DNA from: Terrimicrobiaceae bacterium
Lineage (GTDB): Bacteria > Verrucomicrobiota > Verrucomicrobiia > Chthoniobacterales > Terrimicrobiaceae
Length of the DNA: 64,000 bases
Assembly: GCA_044342325.1 (NCBI GenBank)
Contig: JBIIPZ010000001.1
Coordinates: 32,001-96,000, forward strand
Direction of reading: 5' to 3'
Made by a program: the position numbers and the translations under genes. Of this stretch, positions 59,528 to 64,000 are shown piece by piece. The notes beneath the pieces were generated by a model. It did no database searches. It was not told the origin of the DNA and was given only the letters and a program-made list of their open reading frames with translations. Numbering within the stretch: position 1 is the stretch's first letter; each line of letters starts with the position of its first letter.

Positions 59528-59533
59528 GGCGGG

Positions 59534-59908
59534 CTATTTCTGGGGGAGGAGCGTCAACTGCGAGGCCTTAGTCACCTTGATTTGTGTCTTGGATTTGTAG
59601 GCTTCGAGGATTCCTCGCACTTCCACGCGCTGGCCTTTGTATTTTTCGAGATCGCCGATGGCTTTGTAGGCAGCTGGAAAAATCGCTGCCACGAATCCGC
59701 GCTCGCGGTCGGTGGTGAAATCAAGGAAGCGAATCTTGTCGGCGTCGCTTTTGCCTACGGAGATCACTTTGCCCCGCACTACGGCTTCTTGTCCGATGGA
59801 TGCAAAAAGTTTCTCCGTCTTTCGGGCGTCGATGGAAGGCGTTTTGCCTGCGAGTGCGGTGTGGCAGATAGCCAGCACCAACGCGACCGGGATAAAAAAC
59901 CGACTCAT
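59534..59908 (-). CDS. Small exported OB-fold-like protein
   Basis: Signal peptide; VVRGKV...FLDF...FVAAIF...VEVRG...QIKV. Confidence 0.65.
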   Translation of the reverse strand: MSRFFIPVALVLAICHTALAGKTPSIDARKTEKLFASIGQEAVVRGKVISVGKSDADKIRFLDFTTDRERGFVAAIFPAAYKAIGDLEKYKGQRVEVRGILEAYKSKTQIKVTKASQLTLLPQK

Positions 59909-59918
59909 TTGAGGAGTT

Positions 59919-60296
59919 TTACTCAAAGCCCATGCCCAGGCAGTCGAGCATTTTGGTTGTGAGATCCTTCTCGAAAAATGGCTTGGTCATGTAGGCCGTG
60001 GCTCCGGCCTTGATGGCTGTGATGATTGCATCCTTGCTGCCTTCTGTGGTCAGCATGAGCACGGGGAGTGATTTCCAGCGTTCGTCGGCGCGGATGCGAG
60101 TGAGAAATTCGAGCCCATTCATGTTCGGCATATTCCAGTCCAGGCAAACGAGTGAGAACCCCTGGGGGTCGGCTTCGAGGACGCCAAGGGCTATGTGTCC
60201 ATCCTCTGCGGGAACGCACTCTGCACCTATAACCGATGCGGCAGAGGCCACGATGCGGCGAATAAGCATGGAGTCATCAACAGCTAAGACTTTCAT
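59919..60296 (-). CDS. CheY-like single-domain response regulator
   Basis: VLAVDDS, LDWNMPNMNG, MLTT, YMTKPF. Confidence 0.9.
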   Translation of the reverse strand: MKVLAVDDSMLIRRIVASAASVIGAECVPAEDGHIALGVLEADPQGFSLVCLDWNMPNMNGLEFLTRIRADERWKSLPVLMLTTEGSKDAIITAIKAGATAYMTKPFFEKDLTTKMLDCLGMGFE

Positions 60297-60370
60297 AGTT
60301 TGGGGCGGGCTTCTGAAATGTAGGATTTTGAAAAAAACAAGCAATACGAATTCATGGTAGTCGTATTGAA

Positions 60371-61465
60371 CTAAGTTCCCAGAGTCTGGATAATGAGCGA
60401 ATGCCAACCAGTCGAATAAGTCTCATATCCGGGAGAGGTCGCCACCGCGAAGAGGGTGGGAATGCCGTGGTCTTCAGCGATGGTGAAGCCCTTTCCTTGG
60501 AGGATGAAGGATTCAAGGTGTGAAATGTTTACCCGGTCTTTCAGGATGGCATTTTTTGAGTCAGCCAAGATTGTTCCGGAAGGGTCTATTATGCAAACTC
60601 TTGAGACTTCTTTTTCGGAGGGCGATAGAGGCGTGCGGTGGACGATGGTCTGGGCGAGCGCTTCCCAGTTGAAGAGAATGCCCAAGACGCCGATCAATTC
60701 TCCATTCGGCTGTCCGTCGCGGCGGACTCCGCAGGAGTAGGCCAGAATGTGCTGTCCTTGGACCAATGGGGAGGCATGGACTGTTTCGAAGCCGAAATCA
60801 TCACCGCTTGCAGAGGTGCGAGCTTTGCGGAACCACTCGTTGGCCGCCACATTCATGCCGATGGATTTGTATTTTCCTGAGCGACCGTTTGCTATGACGG
60901 TTCCGTTGAGATCACACAACACGATGTCGTAATAAACGGTGTAGGCGTTCAAGATGACTCCCAAGCGTTCACAGGCATGGCGTGATGAGTCGGTGCCGGG
61001 GAAGGTGAGGGCATTGACCGCACTGGCATCGGTGGCCCACCAGCGGACATCGCAGGAGCGCTCGTAGAGGTTGCGGTCGATGAGATCTATGTTGGTAAGA
61101 GCGAGATCAACAAGGCGTCCACCGCGCACTACGGAATCCAAGCGGTCGCTGATTTCAGAGAGTTGCGTGATGTCATGCTTGGTTTCCTCGGCGAGGCCCT
61201 CAGCGACTTGTGCGGTATTGGTTGAGAGGTTTCCGATTTCATTGGCGACCACGGCGAAGGTGCGCCCTGCGTCACCGGCTTTGGCGGCTTGAATCTGCGC
61301 GTTGAAGGACAAAAGTCGAACGCGCATGTTGATGTCGTCGATTTGCCTCAGCGAGTTGTTCATCTTACTCGAAATGCTCTTGGAGAGGTGGCGGATGCTT
61401 TCGATCCACTTATCGAAGGAATCGGTTTTTGCCGGGTCGGAAGGTTGGATTTGTTGAGTTGCCAT
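60371..61465 (-). CDS. MCP-like protein: N-terminal signalling hairpin plus C-terminal Cache-like domain
   Basis: LLSFNAQIQAAKAGDAGRTFAVVANEI, then DRNLYERSCDVRWWA and a Cache/PAS-like region; no TM helix. Confidence 0.78.
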   Translation of the reverse strand: MATQQIQPSDPAKTDSFDKWIESIRHLSKSISSKMNNSLRQIDDINMRVRLLSFNAQIQAAKAGDAGRTFAVVANEIGNLSTNTAQVAEGLAEETKHDITQLSEISDRLDSVVRGGRLVDLALTNIDLIDRNLYERSCDVRWWATDASAVNALTFPGTDSSRHACERLGVILNAYTVYYDIVLCDLNGTVIANGRSGKYKSIGMNVAANEWFRKARTSASGDDFGFETVHASPLVQGQHILAYSCGVRRDGQPNGELIGVLGILFNWEALAQTIVHRTPLSPSEKEVSRVCIIDPSGTILADSKNAILKDRVNISHLESFILQGKGFTIAEDHGIPTLFAVATSPGYETYSTGWHSLIIQTLGT

Positions 61466-61496
61466 AAGTATTAGGATTTTATTATTGAGCTAATTT

Positions 61497-62348
61497 TTAT
61501 TTCCTTCTGTAAAAGTAGGATCCGGCCACATTTTCCGTTGAAAAGAGATGCTGATGCGTGAAGAGGGATTCTGTTCCACCAAGCATGAGGTGTCCATTAG
61601 GTAAAATAACCTGCGCAAGTCGGGTGAAGAGGTCTTTTTTAAAATCTTCCTCGAAGTAAATGGCGACATTCCGGCAGAGCACTAAATCAAAAAGGCCCAG
61701 AATCGAGAGATCGTCTTGGAGGTTTCTTTTTTTGAATGTCACCATCGATCGAATCTCAGGCTTCAATGTCCATGTATTTCCGGGAGTGGATTCAAAGAAG
61801 TTGTTCTTCCAATAATCCGGCAGGCCGCGTGAGATTTCGAGTTGGCTGTAACGGCCGGCGGATGCCAAAAAAAGCGTTCCTGGGGAGATGTCGAAGCCAG
61901 TAATTTCAAACGATGAGAGGTTCACGCCGCCCAACATGCCAGAGGCCTTCAGTTTATGGAGAAGGAGGGCGATGGAGTAGGGCTCTTGGCCTGTGGAGCA
62001 GGCAGCGCTGAGGATACGAATGCGAGATTTTTTACCGGTCTGAAGAAGTTTTCCTAGTTCTGGAAGAATCGAATTTTCAAGTGATTCCCAAGGCCGCGTG
62101 TCGCGAAACCAGTAGGTCTCGTGGGTTGTCATGGAGTCGATGATTTTATCGCGCAGGCGGCCTGTGGCGTCCGCTTTCGCCATGCGTATGAACTCCGGAA
62201 TATCAGCGGCTCCGCTTTCGGCGATGATTTTGCCGAGGCGCGCCTCAAAGAGGTAGCGTTTTTCCTCGCCTAAGTGAATGCAGCAGGCTTGAGCAACATA
62301 TTCCGAGAGAAGTCCCAATTGGTTCGGGTTTTTAGAGAAATCAAACAT
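61497..62348 (-). CDS. cheR: Chemotaxis protein-glutamate methyltransferase
   Basis: TTHETYWFRD, SAACSTGQEPYS, FDLVLCRNVAIYF. Confidence 0.93.
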   Translation of the reverse strand: MFDFSKNPNQLGLLSEYVAQACCIHLGEEKRYLFEARLGKIIAESGAADIPEFIRMAKADATGRLRDKIIDSMTTHETYWFRDTRPWESLENSILPELGKLLQTGKKSRIRILSAACSTGQEPYSIALLLHKLKASGMLGGVNLSSFEITGFDISPGTLFLASAGRYSQLEISRGLPDYWKNNFFESTPGNTWTLKPEIRSMVTFKKRNLQDDLSILGLFDLVLCRNVAIYFEEDFKKDLFTRLAQVILPNGHLMLGGTESLFTHQHLFSTENVAGSYFYRRK

Positions 62349-62376
62349 ATGCCCAGAGATTTATCGCCCTTGATAA

Positions 62377-63435
62377 TTAAAGTCTGAAAAGTTTGTTAAT
62401 GCGGGGGCCGATTTCTTGAAGTGGCAAGATTTCGTTGCTCAAATGCCTCTGAGCAATGGCCTGAGGCATTCCATAAACTGTAGATGTTGCTGCATCCTGA
62501 GCGATGCACCACGTGGGCAATGCGTGTTGCAAGGTCGCTACGCCATCGGCTCCATCAGATCCCATCCCTGTGAGAATAATGGCAATAGCTCCGCGCAGGT
62601 TGCATTTGGCAGCGGAAGTGAAAAGAACATCCACCGAAGGGCGGCAAGATTGCACATGTGGGCTGCTAGTGATGCGGGTTTGAATTTTTCCTGCATCGTT
62701 TCGAAAGATTTCCAAGTGGAAGCCTCCCGGGGCTATGAGCACTTCTCCTGGTATGGGAATATCGCCGTTTGAAGCCTCTTTGATCGTAAGCCCGCTGATT
62801 TTGTCCAACTGCTCGGCCAAGGACTTGGTGAAAGTGGCGGGCATGTGTTGCACGAGCAAGATGGGAACCGGAAGCTTGGCCGAAATAATTGGAAGAACCG
62901 TGGAAAGGGCATTCGGCCCGCCAGTTGACACGCCTATGAGAACCAATTCAGGAAATGGCGGTGGTTGGAGGCGCTTGATCGGTGCCGCTGCCGTTGGACT
63001 GCTTGGCTCGGGAGCAGCATGCAAGGCCGAAGCCGAGGCGCCACGAAGGCGCGCCATCGTGGCAACTTTGCGAATATCTGCTTTAAGAGCCTCCATTCCA
63101 GACTCAAATGAGGAGCCTGAGGGTTTTGGAATGAAATCCATCGCTCCGTGAGACAGACAGCCGATCGTGATTTCTGCATCTCGGCCTGTGGCTCCGCTCA
63201 CCATGACCACCGGCAAACCGGGGTGGGACTGCTTAATTTTCTCGAGCGTTTGCGATCCGCTCATTTGATCCATGAAAACGTCCAGCAGAACAAGGTCGAA
63301 CTTTTCAGATTCGAGACGCTTGAGCGCCAGCTCGCCGCCCGAGACAGCTACGGTTTCCGCTCCCGGAACGCTTGAAGCAGCGTCCGAGAGAAGTTTCCGA
63401 TAAAGTGCTGAATCGTCAACGACAAGAATTCTCAT
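62377..63435 (-). CDS. cheB: Chemotaxis methylesterase (REC plus CheB)
   Basis: VVDDS, GVSTGGP, VQHMP, RPSVDVLF, LTGMGSDG. Confidence 0.95.
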   Translation of the reverse strand: MRILVVDDSALYRKLLSDAASSVPGAETVAVSGGELALKRLESEKFDLVLLDVFMDQMSGSQTLEKIKQSHPGLPVVMVSGATGRDAEITIGCLSHGAMDFIPKPSGSSFESGMEALKADIRKVATMARLRGASASALHAAPEPSSPTAAAPIKRLQPPPFPELVLIGVSTGGPNALSTVLPIISAKLPVPILLVQHMPATFTKSLAEQLDKISGLTIKEASNGDIPIPGEVLIAPGGFHLEIFRNDAGKIQTRITSSPHVQSCRPSVDVLFTSAAKCNLRGAIAIILTGMGSDGADGVATLQHALPTWCIAQDAATSTVYGMPQAIAQRHLSNEILPLQEIGPRINKLFRL

Positions 63436-63450
63436 GAAACAATGGCAGGG

Positions 63451-64000
63451 TTACAACTTGAATCGATTCACGAGTTGGCCGAGGGAACCGGCAAGGTGGC
63501 TCAGTTCCCCAGCGCTCGAGCTGATGCGCGAGGCTCCTTTGGCGGATTCGCTGGCGGCTTGGGAGACGCCGTTGATATTGCGTGAGACTTCATCCGCGCC
63601 GGCAGAGGCGTTCTTCACATTTTCGGACAGGCTCTTTGTGGAGGATGTCACATTGTGCAGTGAACGAACGATTTCTGATGTGGTCGCGGATTGTTCTTCG
63701 ACAGCTGCCGCAATGCTGGAAGCGATCTGGCTGACTTGTTCGATGACCTTGGCCACATCATCAATCGCTTCCATGGAATTTGAGGTATTTTCCTGGATGA
63801 GACTGACCTGAAGTCGGATGTCCTGAGTCGCTGCTGCAGACTGGCGGGCGAGTTCCTTGACCTCGTTGGCCACGACGGCGAATCCTCGACCGGCTTCACC
63901 GGCGCTGGCGGCTTCAATGGTTGCGTTGAGCGCCAACAGGTTTGTCTGCTCGGCGATTTGGTTGATGAGTTCTACGATTTTTCCGATCTGGCGCGCCGAT
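63451..64000 (-). CDS. Methyl-accepting chemotaxis protein, C-terminal part
   Basis: [34 protein letters not shown]; extends beyond the window. Confidence 0.93.
   Translation of the reverse strand, partial: SARQIGKIVELINQIAEQTNLLALNATIEAASAGEAGRGFAVVANEVKELARQSAAATQDIRLQVSLIQENTSNSMEAIDDVAKVIEQVSQIASSIAAAVEEQSATTSEIVRSLHNVTSSTKSLSENVKNASAGADEVSRNINGVSQAASESAKGASRISSSAGELSHLAGSLGQLVNRFKL

Overview
GC-rich bacterial chromosome segment. Gene content (long GreA, GS type II, RRM protein, fused nuclease-ligase) suggests Verrucomicrobiota/PVC; this is inference, no search was run. It is mostly housekeeping: rpoC-rpsB-tsf, rpsO-pnp, thiG, proB, holB, mlaEFDCA, tRNA-Leu, pfkA, trpS, kdsD. Three accessory zones stand out. 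(1) 11.4-18.8 kb: a Type I restriction-modification locus. Its hsdM is frameshifted in a C10 tract, and an AbiF/AbiD-like HEPN gene with an upstream hairpin (candidate RNA antitoxin) sits between hsdM and hsdS, translationally coupled to hsdS. (2) 44.8-48.5 kb: a decaying carbohydrate locus with a GH36 pseudogene and an oxidoreductase remnant fused in frame to a truncated IS110 transposase, whose end abuts half of a local REP-like repeat. (3) 59.9-64 kb: the end of a chemosensory cluster, including a receptor-like protein with inverted domain order. A family of GGAG-footed REP-like palindromes occupies several convergent intergenic gaps. All product calls come from motif recognition by eye; start codons are best guesses.
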